DNA of 64,000 nucleotides from Azolla caroliniana (taxonomy: Eukaryota; Plantae; Polypodiophyta): assembly GCA_043228905.1 (NCBI GenBank), contig JBHGNT010000001.1, forward strand, positions 23,250,001 through 23,314,000. Reading direction: 5' to 3'. Every line of letters begins with the position of its first letter. Positions within the stretch are counted from its first letter, which is position 1. Below the pieces are notes generated by a model. The model saw only the letters and a list, made by a program, of their open reading frames with translations, did not search any database and was not told where the DNA came from. This document shows, in pieces, positions 11,937-24,134 of this stretch. The position numbers and the translations under genes are program-made.

Positions 11937-12538
11937 TGTCGTGAAGAATTTCGGCTAGAGGCGGAAACCGGGAAACATTGGCTACATCAACGGGGTGCAG
12001 CGTGTGTATGCACCCATGTACATTTAGTGTGAATATCGAGGGTGCCTTTATGGCGCCGAAGAGTAGTCAAGTCGGGACAGACGATCCCATGTAAGTCGGG
12101 GTTTATCCCACATTGTAACGCATCCCTGTCCTTGTTCTATAAAAGGAAGGGAACGCCCTTTGTGAAAGGGTTGCCCATTTTGCATTAGAGGGTATACCGT
12201 TAGGTTTAGAGTTAGTACCTTCTTCTTCTTCTTCTTCGTCTTCTCCTTCGTGTTCGCTTAGGGTTTGCTTCAGCTCATCTCCTGCGCAAGACCCTGCTCG
12301 GCGCGACGAGCCCATGAGCTCCCCGACGGCGGCTTGGCAGCTGACGACTACTGTAACCTACCTTGGAACGGCTCGAAGCCGGGAATGTATTCTTAACTTA
12401 TATATATATAGATACGTTGCGCCTGTCTGTGTATATTCGCGTCTCCGTTGGTGTCGGGTGCTCCCCCTTTCCTGCGTTTCCTGTACATGAGGGCGTGAGT
12501 CGGGTCGGCATGTGTGTGTGTGTGCGTGAGTCGGTGTT

Positions 12539-12589
<51 letters not shown>

Positions 12590-12756
12590 TCGGTTGCTTC
12601 ACGGTTGCTTCTGGGATGCCCCAGAAACGGTGAAGCACGACTTCCCACGCTCCATCACTCCCTAGTCCAAGACCCCTGTGGTCCCGCCTTTCTCCACGCA
12701 CGCGCGTAACAACGCGTCATATTTGGTGAACCCGACGTGAAAGGCGGCAAGGGAGG

Positions 12757-13954
12757 ATGGAGTCGGAAGACGACGACCTTGCGGAGATGGTGGCCGAAGT
12801 GGTGTTGGAGTCGACACGAGTGGTGATGAGGCGAGAAGCAGCGCAACAAGCGGTTGAGCGAGTGGTCGAAAGAGTCGGCCGTTTCAACAGGGACAAAGTC
12901 CCATCTTACTTGGAAGCCTACAACGCGGAAATGGAGGAGCGTGGCGTAGACGAGGCGTTGAGGCTGGAGTTCTTCTGTTGGGTCGTGGCTGTCCGGATGC
13001 ATACGGAAGTAAAGGAGCTCCGTGAGGCTCATGGTTCGTGGGAGGCCTTCGAAGAGGCGCTCCTGAAGGCTTACGGAGGACTGGTCGAAGGTCGGAAGGG
13101 TGTGCCAACGGCTAGACAACGAGCGAGCCGAAAAGGCTAAGAGGAATGTACGCGACGGCGTGCCGTCACAGCGGGAAGGGGCCGAACGGCAAAGAGAGTC
13201 GGCAAGGGTCGGCGTTGGGGCCAGGATTGCGGAGGTGTACGCAGCTCTCGAGGCGATGCTCGAGGAAGAGGAAAGACGGAGGCCGCAAGTCGAGACTGAG
13301 GAGACGGACTTGCCCCACGTGACCGCGGAAGACCGGTACGACGATACCACGGGAGAGGGTGCGGAACGAAACGCCCTCTCGACTTGCAGAGATAGAGCGG
13401 CCAAGGATGAGGCCGAGATACAGATCGCGGAATCGGAACGTTTGGACCAGCGGTTTCAGACGGGTCAGCCCAAGATCCCGGTCATCGGAGAGACAAGCCC
13501 AGGCGGGGCTTGCGCGATCGGTAAGAAGACGACCGCCGACCACGAAGAGTCGGTGGCTACGGACAAGGGCGTAAAACGGACGGGCGATTCTTTGTGTCTT
13601 CCCACACTTGCTCCCGAGACGATGGCAGTCAGGCCTGAGTGCCCACATGAGTCCCAAGCAGAGGAAGGCGGCGGCGATAGACCAAGAATTACCGGCGAGA
13701 CGATACGCGGAAGGAGCAGACTAAAGCCCTCGGACCCGATTCCGAAGAACTCGGCATTCGGGCCCGTATGCCCATGTAAGACCGAGGAGATGGATGGCGG
13801 TACCGAGGAGTCCTGGCACGATACCAGCGAAGACGGATGGGAAACGACCTATGAGGAGGCCGAGGACGGACGCGGCACGAGGAGATCGGCATTACGATAC
13901 GTATGGAGCAGAATCCGGTCGTGGATCGTTCGATTGGGGCCGGATTCGGCATGA
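12757..13954 (+). pseudogene. Gag-like N-terminus plus low-complexity extension of element D (frameshifted)
   Basis: ORFs 12757-13140 and 13100-13954; similar to element C gag (GRFSGKDATSYL, KRVCGRFD). Confidence 0.7.
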
Positions 13955-14059
13955 AGGTGCCGATACGGGAGAGGGTGCGGGACGAGCCACCCTCTTTTAC
14001 ATGGGGAGAAAGACCGACAGGGCGAAGGTCGAGATTTGGAAGGAGAATGAAAGCCGGTC

Positions 14060-16840
14060 CTATGGGATTCCTTACACCGATCCGGCTGTAGGCCCGAGTG
14101 TCGGCATGAGTCCTATAAGAGAGATCGGTGGCGACAGGAGAACGGGACTCGGCAATCCGGAGAAGGACGAACGAACCCGGACGAGAACCGGGCGGAGCGG
14201 ACTCTCGGATGACCATTCCAGGAGGGAGGAAGAGAGAAGGCCTACGAAGAGGCCGAGGACACGGTACGTCGGTACCACGGGAGAGGGTGCAGAGTAAACC
14301 GCCCTCTCGACATGCGGAAAAGGACGACCCGGGACAGGGTCGGGAAGACAAATGGTTGGCCTACGGAGGATCCTTCACACCGGTTCTAGAGACTTCAGCA
14401 GTCGGCAACGCGGTCAACGTAAGACCAAGATACTGACGGTGGCGGCGAGGTGACGAAGGCAAGGGCTATGGATCGGAGGTCTACGGAGGATCCTTCACAC
14501 CGGTTCTAGAGACTTCGGCAGTAGGCAACGCGGTCGACGTAAGACCAAGATACTGACGGTGGCGGCGAGGTGACGAAGGCTATGGGCGAAACGGAGTCCG
14601 GTCTTATGGGACCCTCACACCGATCCGGAGACTTCGGCAGTTCGGCCAACGTGGCAACATGAGACCGAGAGAGAAGGTTGGTGGCGGCAGCGAACGGGAT
14701 CCGACGACACGAGGTTTCGGAAGGAGCCGGTAGGGGCAAACACGGGGAGGTGTGTCAGGCCGGAAAGGCACACCTGGAACAGAACAAGAGTCTCGCAAAT
14801 GGCCATCGCGGGCCGGATCGAAGCGTGACTACGGGACGGTGTTCGGCACGGGCGGTGCCGAGCGAAGGAAGCGAAAGACGGCACAAGAGAGGTGCCGGGA
14901 ACGAGGTGACAAGTGCCTAGTGGACTGCACACGGTCGGAGTCGGGGGATGGCAAGAGAGGCCGGAGGAGGATCCTCCACACTCGCTTCGTAGATCTCGGT
15001 AGCTCCGTCGAAGTAGCGAAGACTGACACGGCAAGCCGGGATGACAAGTTGGTGGGGCGAGGGGACGACGGCAAACGGAAGACTCGGGACCTGTTGCAGT
15101 AGCACGAAGACCGGAAAGGGATCCCCACACCGTTCCGGAGACCATGGCGGTTCGAGCCGACGTGGCGATGTAAGACCATGGAGAAGGAAGGTGGCGATAG
15201 GAGAACGGGACTCGGCAATCCGGAGAAGGACGAATGAACCCGGACGAGAACCGGGTGGAGCGGACTCCCGGATGACCATTCCGGGAGGGAGGAAGAGAGA
15301 AGGCCTACGAAGAGGCCGAGGACACGGTACGTCGGTACCACGGGAGAGGGTGCGGAGTAAACCGCCCTCTCGGCATGCGGAAAAGGACGACCCGGGACAG
15401 GGTCGGGAAGACAAATGGGTGGCTTACGGAAGATCCTTCACACCGGTTCTAGAGACTTCGGCAGTCGGCAACGCGGTCGACGTAAGGCCAAGATACTGAC
15501 GGTGGCGGCGAGGTGACGAAGGCAAGGGCTACGGATCGGAGGTCTACGGAGGATTCTTCACACCGGTTCTAGAGACTTTGGTAGTCGGCAACGCGGTCGA
15601 CGTAAGACCAAGATACTGACGGTGGCGGCGAGGTGACGAAGGTTATGGGCGTAAGGAAGTCCGGTCCTACGGGATCCCCACACTAGTTTTGGAGACCCCG
15701 GCTGTTCGGCCAACGTGGCAACGTAAGACCGAGGGAGAAGGAAGGTGGTGGCGGGAAACGGGACCCGGCTACGCAGAAGACACGAGGAGAGTCCGGGAGG
15801 GACTCAAACAAAAGGCACTTGAATTTCGGCAAGCATAGAAACGGAGTCCGGTCCTATGGGACCCTCACACCGATCTGGAGACTCCGGCAGTTCGGCCAAC
15901 GTGGCAACATGAGACCGAGAGAGAAGGTTGGTGGCGGCAGGGAACGGGACCCGATGACACGAGGTTTCGGAAGGAGCCGGTAGGGGCAAACACGGGGAGG
16001 TGTGTCAGGCCGGAAAGGCACACCCTGAACAGAACAAGAGTCTCGCAAATGGCCATCGCGGGCCGGATCGAAGCGTGACTACGGGATGGTGTTCGTGTAG
16101 AAAGTAGCATGCGGAAGCAAGTATGAAGACCGAACAGAAGGGAGGAAACTCAGGTTCAATGGAGAGCTTGGGCTTACACGGTATACGCAGGAGAGACAGA
16201 GAGAGGAAAACAGAAAACTATATTCAATAATAATACTCAGTCTGTACATAAGATGTGCTCAGTGAACACTTTTATACAAGTCCTAGAAGGACTGACCGAA
16301 GTACTGACAATACTTCAATGCTCATCAAGAGCTCCTACACTAACTCCCAAATATATTCCTCACGGAATATCTTTCCTAATGACCTCCCGGTTTACGCACT
16401 CGGCCTAACCGATCAGTCCCAACCGATCCGGTCCTCGGCTTCTTCAACCGATCCGGCCGATGTTGAGCTTGTCTCTCAATAGTTCGGCACGGGCGGTGCC
16501 AAGCAAAGGAAGCGAAAGACGGCACAAGAGAGGTGCCGGGAATGAGGTGAAAAGTGCCTAGTGGACTGCACAGGGTCGGAGTCGGGGGATGGCAAGAGAG
16601 GTCGGAGGAGGATCCTCCACACTCGCTTCATAGATCTCGGTAGCTCCGTCGAAGTAGCGAAGACTGACACGGCAAGCCGGGATGATAAGCTGGTGGGGCG
16701 AGGGGACGACGGCAAATGGAAGACTCGGGACTTGTTGCAGTAGCACGAAGACCGGAAAGGGATCCCCACACCGTTCCGGAGATCATGGCGGTTTGAGCCG
16801 ACGCGGCGATGTAAGACCATGGAGAAGGAAGGTGGCGGCG
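14060..16840 (+). repeat. Modular GC-rich array: ~120-bp units within ~1.06-kb higher-order duplications
   Basis: 14362-14481 ~ 14482-14601; 14128-14590 ~ 15191-15650; 14587-15195 ~ 15839-16838 once the solo LTR is removed. Confidence 0.85.
16096..16481 (-). mobile_element. Solo LTR, Copia family related to 38775/39218
   Basis: Perfect TSD GTTCG; shared CAAGCTCAAC start and GCTTCCGCA end motifs. Confidence 0.88.
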
Positions 16841-17835
16841 AGAGGACGAGGGCGACGCGAAACAACATGGGACGACCATCGGGACATCACGATTGGACAA
16901 CAGAGGCCAAGCGGGCCACTACGAGCATGCCTCAAGCGGAGGACATCAAGCATATGGCGGGAAGCAGGGTGTTCATACGGCCGAACAAGGGCCAGCGGAA
17001 GTACGCGTACTACGGAGATCGCGGCAAAGGCACCATCGACGGGTCGAACGAGCCTACGGGGAGGCAAGCGCAAAGGTAGAATCGAAGCTGATGGATCAAA
17101 TCGGCAGCGAGCCGGGATGCAGATCACGGAAGACCGGTTTCTCACCGGCCGAAATCTCTCACCCTTCAACCGGACTTGGCACATACCGGTGGATGTGCGG
17201 TTAGGTGGGGGCGGATGTTGTGAAGAATTTCGGCCAGAGGCGGAAACCAGGAAACACTGGCTACATCGGCGGGGTGCAGCGTGTGTACGCACCCATGTAC
17301 ATTTAGTGTGAATATCGAGGGTGCCTTTATGGCGCCGAAGAGTAGTCAAGTCGGGACAGACGATCCCATGTAAGTCGGGGTTTATCCCACATTGTAACGC
17401 ATCCCTGTCCTTGTTCTATAAAAGGAAGGAAACGCCCTTTGTGAAAGGGTTGCCCAATTTGCATTAGAGGGTATACCGTTATGTTTAGAGTTAGTACCTT
17501 CTTCTTCTTCTTCTTCGTCTTCTCCTTCGTGTTCGCTTAGGGTTTGCTTCAACTCATCTCCTGCGCAAGACCCCGCTCGGCGCGACGAGCCCGTGAGCTC
17601 CCCGACGGCGGCTTGGCAGCTAACGACTATTGTAACCTACCTTGGAACGGCTCGAAGCTGGGAATGTATTCTTAACTTATATATATATATATACGTTGCG
17701 CCTGTCTGTGTATATTCGCGTCTCCGTTGGTGTCGGGTGCTCCCCCTTTCTTGCGTTTCCTGTACATGAGGGCGTGAGTCGGGTCGGCATGTGTGTGTGT
17801 GTGCGTGAGTCGGTGTTAAGCTCTCTCTCTCTCTT

Positions 17836-17870
<35 letters not shown>

Positions 17871-19182
17871 TCGGGGGTGCTTCTAGGATGCCCCGGAAAC
17901 GGTGAAGCACGACTTCCCACGCTCCATCACTCCCTAGTCCAAGACCCCCGTGGTCCCGCCTTTCTCCACGCACGCGCGTAACAACGCGTCAACGTCCTCA
18001 ATCAAAAACCAGCATACGGCTGCAGTTGTCTTGTTCTGGAGGGCTCGGCCTTCAACCTGGTTTGTTAGATCCTCCCGAGCCAGCACCAGATACCGCATCT
18101 GTCCTACCCCCATTGGCATCGTCACCAAATCCACCATCCACTTGAAGTGGACGGTCGGAGGGTAGGTCGGGTGAAGCTCGTCCCGGTGTCGGATCATGGA
18201 GTGCACCTGACAGCTTTCGCAAGTCGTCACGAACCGATGCACGTCCCGGTATAGTCCCGACCACCAGTACTTCCCCTTTAGCTTTTCGAACATGGCCCAC
18301 GTTCCACGGTGTCCAGCCCAAGGACTATCGTGGTACGCCGCCAGCAAATCCTCCTGTTCCTCCTTCTTCGCCACCACTCGGAGCGGGATGCCGTTCCTCT
18401 TCTTCAGGTGCGGTAAACCACCGATTCGAGTATGGGGCACTCGATGGTTCGAGGATGCCCATCTCGACCTTCTGCTTTAACAGCTCCATCAGGTTCGGGA
18501 TGTGAGCTCTGGGCACTGGAATCGGTTTGAGACTCCACGACACATGCGGTATTGTGAATATTACCATCGGTTCTACGACTGTCGGGTCCACGCACCCGAT
18601 CTCCTCCGGTGAGAATGCGAAAGCCTTCCCGTGCCTTCCGAGCATTCCCCGAAACCGGTCCTCTTCCGCCAGCTGTAGGAAGCCGCCCCCACCGATTTTG
18701 AGCTCACGTAGCGTTATGTTTGTGAACGTGTGTCCTATGCGGGCCGGATTTCGTAAACTCGGGTTCGACGCAACCCCCTTTATTCGCAACTCGCTGCCCT
18801 CCGGCAAGGGAGTTGCGACTGGCCTCACCTTCCGGTCCACAGTCTTGTACCTCGTGTTCACCCGGGCCGTCCGATCCGACTCAAGCCCTCTAGTGAAGTC
18901 CGCGATGACTTCGTACATCCTTTCCGAACATACCGGAACCGTCCGGTCCTCTTTAAGGACTCCTCTGACTACCTCTCGCAGCTCCCCCAAGGTATCGTCG
19001 AAAGAGACCGCTTCCATGGCTTCGTTGATTTCCTCCCCAGGGCTGAGGATACCACATGCCCGAAGTTGCTCCTCCGCCCTTTTCTTCTTCCGGCCAACGA
19101 CGTCGACTATCGTACACCCTCCGTTGTCGGAGAACCAAAATTTCCTACTTATAGTACAGGTCTTCTTCGCTATCGTACACTT

Positions 19183-19248
19183 GTGGGGTTTTCCCGGAGT
19201 GTCCAGACTATCGCAGCCCCACGCCTTGATAGCCCTCTCTAAAAATCC
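19183..19248 (-). promoter_or_regulatory. Predicted -1 ribosomal frameshift signal (G_GAU_UUU + H-type pseudoknot)
   Basis: Slip site abuts the protease-frame TAG; stems GGGCTATC/GATAGTCT and GTGGGG/CCCCAC; -1 frame is open into the RT ORF. Confidence 0.75.
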
Positions 19249-20224
19249 TCTCGGCTTTCACTCCCGAGGGTCTCGCGGTTCCTCTCATGGTTTGGTCTCA
19301 CCGTCAGGAACTGGACTGAGTGACACCCATCCTGGCTCTTGACCCTTGCATAGGCCGAGCCGTTGTCCAGCACCTTGGTCTCCATCCATGCTGCCGTGAT
19401 GCACGGTTCTCCTAGTATAACCGGATGTTAGGACGTCTCTTGCACGAAGAAGTGCTGGTCAATCTCGACATCGCCGATCTTTACTCGTACATTCGGGCAG
19501 GCTCCATGCAGTTCTTCGGTGGCACGCGTTGCTGCCCGTATTTTCCACCCGTGCTTGGTGTTGATCGGCCATTTCCCCTTCTTATAGAAGTCCATGGACA
19601 TCAAATTGATTTCTGAACCGTGGTCCACCAACGCCACCACCGGTTCATGAACATCTCCGATCTTCACGGGGGTCTCCTGGTCGCTCTGGCCCAGTGCAGC
19701 CTCGAATAGTGGCTCTCCGCCAACTCGTCTTCCAGCGCCATGTCCTCTATGTGCGTCGTCCGCACCTCCACAGGCTTCTCCGGTTCTGTCTCCGTCGACA
19801 GCCTCTTCCTCTTCACCAAGTCTACGATGGAGTCGTGGAACTCCTTCTTGGCGATCCCGAGCACTTCCCTCAGCGACAGTTCCACCTTGCTGTCGAGGAT
19901 TCGTTTTTCCAGGACCTTTCACAGGTCCGTGGATCTTTCGATTTCTGTGCTCAGCCGGTACCCGCCCCTCTTGGGATTATCCTGGGCGCCGGTTACACCG
20001 GCCTCATTCCGCCTTTGCCCGAATCGAGTTTCATATCGTTGCGAGGGCCCGGCCCCCCCGGTTTTCCCTACCCGCTTGTCCTCCACCAGAGCCTCGTAGT
20101 TTTGACAAGCGGCTTCGACGAAGCCCGTCTTTTCTTCCACCGGGTCACTCCACCCGGTTACCTCCTGGACCCGTTTTTCTACACGGTCCGCCTCTTCTTT
20201 CCTTAGTCGTGCGCCGACAAGGCT

Positions 20225-20610
20225 TGTTGGGAGACAGGTCCCTCCGGATGGGAAGAGAAAAGAACAGTGCTGATGAGGAGTACCCGGCTACGGAGAGCCG
20301 GATGAAGTAGACCCGGTGAAGACCGGATGAGGAGTACCCGGCTACGGAGAGCCGGATGGTGCAGACCCGGTGAGGACCGGATGAGGAGTACCCGGCTATG
20401 GAGAGCCGGATGGCGCAGACCCGGTGAGGAATGCTCTCCGGATGAAGAGACATATTCGTAAATATGTTTCTGAAGAGCCCATCGTGGCTATATTTGTAAA
20501 TAGCCGAAAAGTCATATTAGTATAAATATGACTTAGGGCAAACTTTTAGATACTGTTGTTGTTGTTGTCATTCTTGTTGGTGCAAGGGAGAGAGACAGTG
20601 CGTAACTGTG

Positions 20611-20655
<45 letters not shown>

Positions 20656-20926
20656 GTCGTTGCCTCTGTTGTAACCGCCGCTTGTGGCGAAGATCGTGAG
20701 CACGGGGTCGTTGCCTCCGTGAACTCACTACTGTACATACTAACCTAGTGATAGTTTGCAGCCTGTGGGCTGCCGTGGTTTTTTCCCTAGTTTGGGGTTT
20801 TCCACGTTAAACATTCTGCGTACTCTCCTCTTCCATTGTGTCGTTCTTTATTTCCCGTTCTCTGTGTATGATTCTAAGCTCGGTTGTGGCCGAGCGTTGC
20901 GTATAAGGAGCATTGAGTTTCCGTCA
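20225..20926 (+). mobile_element. Solo LTR, Copia family B
   Basis: TGTTGG...CCGTCA, flanks AGGCT/AGGCC, 54-bp repeats. Confidence 0.9.
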
Positions 20927-23900
20927 AGGCCTTCTAGCATCGTCGGCCAGAACTCGGCTTTGTTCGTCTTCGGGGCCTCGCCACCTCCGACCCGAATACC
21001 AGCTGACGCCGAGTAGTGGACGGTCTCCGCGTGACGAGCCGCCGCCTCTTCCATCAGCCTTTTCAGACCCCCTCGCCCGACGTTCAGGTCCAGGGGCCTT
21101 CGGGTATCGCTGGCGTGCACCCGACCGTTCCATAGGTACACCACGTTGCTTCCAATCGCCTCGGTGAAGTCCCCGCAGTCCTTCCGGATGTGACCAACCG
21201 CATCACACCACATGCACCTGTTCCCAGCCAGAGGTCGTCTGTCACGGCCCTGTTCACTACCGTCCCTCCGTGCCTGGGCGATCTGGAGATCCTTTACCAT
21301 CCGCGTCAAATCCTCTAGAGCTACTCCCCCAGACGAGCCCTTGACCATGCCGGTCGAAGCCGATCCGGTCTCGAGCCAATCTCGGGTCTCTTCCCTTCGC
21401 GTTGGTGGTGTTGGCTCGAGCTTCTTTGCTGCGACAGAGCCCGCCCCTGTCGATCCTTTGTCAACCCATTCCCGCCGTTTGTCGAAACGGCCACAGACCC
21501 TTTTCACCACGGCCCAGTCGGCCGTCAGCCCGTCATCAGTCTCCAATAGGAGGCCTACCTGCTCCTGATCCCGCTTGTCAACTGACTTAACAAACAATAG
21601 GACACGGCTTGTATCCAGAACGGTCCGGTCAAGCACCAAGAGGCGCGCGAAGCGTTCCTCAAACTCCCGGAGGAGCACCGACGCGTTCCTTCCTTTGTCG
21701 GGGTCTCCACCCACTCCATGAAGTCCCGCTTCGAAAGTCGTCTTCAAGCCCGTATTTTTCGAGGAGCCGACCTTCGAACTCCTCCTAGGTCTGGCTCTCG
21801 GCCCGTACCTCGAGTACCTCCGTATGGATGCCCGACATTGCCACTCGAGGGAATCTGGCTAGACACCTCTCTTCCGGAATGTCCCTCATTACCATCTCAG
21901 CCCAGTAGGATGCCAAGTAGCTCGTGGCATCCTTCCCACTAAACCGGCCGATCGTACCGACAACCACCTCGATAGCCCTATCAAGGGCGCCGGTGCCTTT
22001 GTGCGCACTCACTATACGGTACACAGCCGAAGCCATGGCTTCTACGAGGTCTGACCCCCTCATCTTCTACTCCTCTATCGCCTGTTCATGTCGGGTTCAC
22101 CAAATATGTCACGTTGCTACGCGCGTGCGTGGAGAACAAGGCGGGACCACTGGGGTCTTGGACCGAGGAATAGGTGAGGAAGAGAAAGGAGAGAGAGAGA
22201 GACATGCTCACACACGGATAGACAAAGAAGCGCGCGGGAACGCATCCCAACAACACAAGAGACACAAGTTGGGCAGGAGATAGAGTATAAGAATGCGTAT
22301 ATAAATATATGTATGTAGATGACTCGAACGGTTACAACCGATCAGGTTGGCGAGACGGGTGCCGACGCCTGATCACCCACACACACAAGGGAACAAGATG
22401 GAGATTCTGCCGAAAGCACACGGGCGTTCCACGGAGCAGAATCAACCTCTCGAGAACCTGCGCAAAGAAAGCTATGGAGAACGACAGAGGAGAAGAGCTC
22501 GGTCCCAGTCCGACAGCACTTCGTCCCCTCTAGCGCGCGATCCCCATCTCTCCCCGTCTCCCTCTCTTTTATAGCTCAAGGAGGGAGGCCGTTTCACCCG
22601 TTTACATCACATTAATTCTCTGTCCTTTCAGACAGAGATACTCCTCGACTCCCCCTATAGAATATTGCTACCTAGGATTTGACTTTTGTGCCTACCTATC
22701 TACTATACAACAAGGGGCGTGCCCAAGTGTAAGCGCCTGGGGACGGTTTTCTTCATGACAGCGTCCTGGCCCGCATGGCCTCCTTCATTCTCGGAATGCC
22801 TCGGCTGGTCGGTGCCTTTGCCGTTGCCGCCACCTTCCATTATCCTTGGTCTCACATTGCCACGTCGGCCAAACAGTCGGGGTCTCTGGGCAGGTGTGAA
22901 GGATCCTTCTCGGGCCTCCGTTTTGTTGGGTCACCGATTCGTGTACCAAGCGCATCCGATCTTTGTCTTGCCGACCCTGCCGGTCGGGCCCGTATCCGGT
23001 TCGTGGCCACCTCGCCAGCCTCATACCTCCTTTCGCTCTGCTTTCCGTCGTCCGATCACGTTCACCTGCCACCACCGATCTTTCCTATAGGACTCACGCG
23101 GGATCTCGTTGCCGGCTGCCAGAGTGTCTAGAACTGGTGTGTGTAAGGTCGTTGCAACATCACTTGCCGTTTCTCCTTGACCTCCGCGTCAGCCTCTTCG
23201 GCTGGTCACGTTCACCTGCCGCCACCGATCTCTCCTATAGGATTCATGCCGGCATGCGGGCCGACAACCGGATCGATGTGAGGATCAGCGTGGACTACCC
23301 TTCCACAATTCTTTGCCTTCGTCCCCTCGCCGCCACCGATCGTCACTCTAGGTCTCACGCCGGCTCTCGAGCCGACCGTCGGGGTCTCTAGAACCGGTGT
23401 GAAGGATCCTCCTTGGGCCTCCGTTAAGTCTCTGACCCTTATCCCGGGTTGTCTTTGTCCGCAAGTCGAGAGGGTGGCTCGCTCCACACCCTCCCCCGTG
23501 GTATCGACGTACCGTGCTCCCGGCCTCTTCGTAGGCTTGTTCTCTCCGCTCTTCCGGATCAGTTATCCGGAAGTTCGTTCCGCCCCGTTCTCGTCCGGGT
23601 CTGCCCGTCATTCTCTGGATTGCTGGGTCCCGTTCTCCTGCCGCCACCGATCTCTCCTATAGGACTCACGCTAGCACTCGGGCCGATATCTGGATCGGTG
23701 TGAGGATCTCCGTAGGACCGGTCTTCGTTCTCCACTTCATCCCTTGTACTTCTCCCGAACTCGTCGTCGCTCTCCTCGCTGTACTCCCGCCTCCATCTTC
23801 CATCTCTTTCGGTCTCACGTTGCCACGTCGGCCGAACTGCCGAAGTCTCCGGACAAGATGTGGGGTAACCGATTTCGTAACATCTTTCGGCAACTCGTTC

Positions 23901-24134
23901 GGGGCCACCGACCCTTTTAGTGGTGTTGGTGGAAAGCATCCGCTCTGTGATCAACCAAGCCCCACCTGTGCTTGATTCTCTAATGTCTAGAGTTTCGGCT
24001 CTGATGCCGATCTTGCCGGACTCGTTCCAAACCCTTGATCACCTTCCTTTCGATTCTCAACCTTCGCCCGAACGGTCTTTCTCCCCATGTAAAAGAGGGC
24101 GGCTTGTTCCGCACCCTCTCCCGTATCGGCACCT

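Larger units (their letters stand above)
11937..17991 (+). mobile_element. Non-autonomous Trp-group element D (LTRs 11937-12719 and 17216-17991)
   Basis: 4-bp TSD ACGT whose removal restores integrase FLIEDVVCRYG; PBS 12724-12740; PPT before 17216. Confidence 0.93.
17992..22063 (-). pseudogene. gag-protease / RT N-terminus / integrase N-terminus of element C
   Basis: ORFs 21785-22063, 20848-21747, 19428-19922, 18325-19017, 17934-18440; stops, frameshifts and a solo-LTR insertion. Confidence 0.88.
10374..22760 (-). mobile_element. Coding Trp-group Gypsy element C (non-chromovirus, possibly Phygy-like); LTRs 10374-11061 and 22107-22760; most of RT-RNaseH deleted
   Basis: 4-bp TSD GCGT; PBS 22086-22102; gag CMWCDAVGHIRKDC; protease VDHGSEINL; integrase HDSPWAGH...CESCQ, ADRGE, WFGPY. 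Confidence 0.92.

Noticed and set aside
14060-16840. CRISPR-like repeat-spacer appearance
   Set aside because: Units are long and degenerate, the linkers are themselves duplicated, there are no cas genes, and the context is a eukaryotic retroelement
18527-19342. Long antisense ORFs over gag/pol (also 50761-51276 and 58482-59051)
   Set aside because: Shadow frames expected opposite GC-rich coding sequence
20268-20300. CTGATGAG as a hammerhead ribozyme core (retrozyme idea)
   Set aside because: No GAAA at a suitable distance or closing stems; it is a variant of the 54-bp repeat
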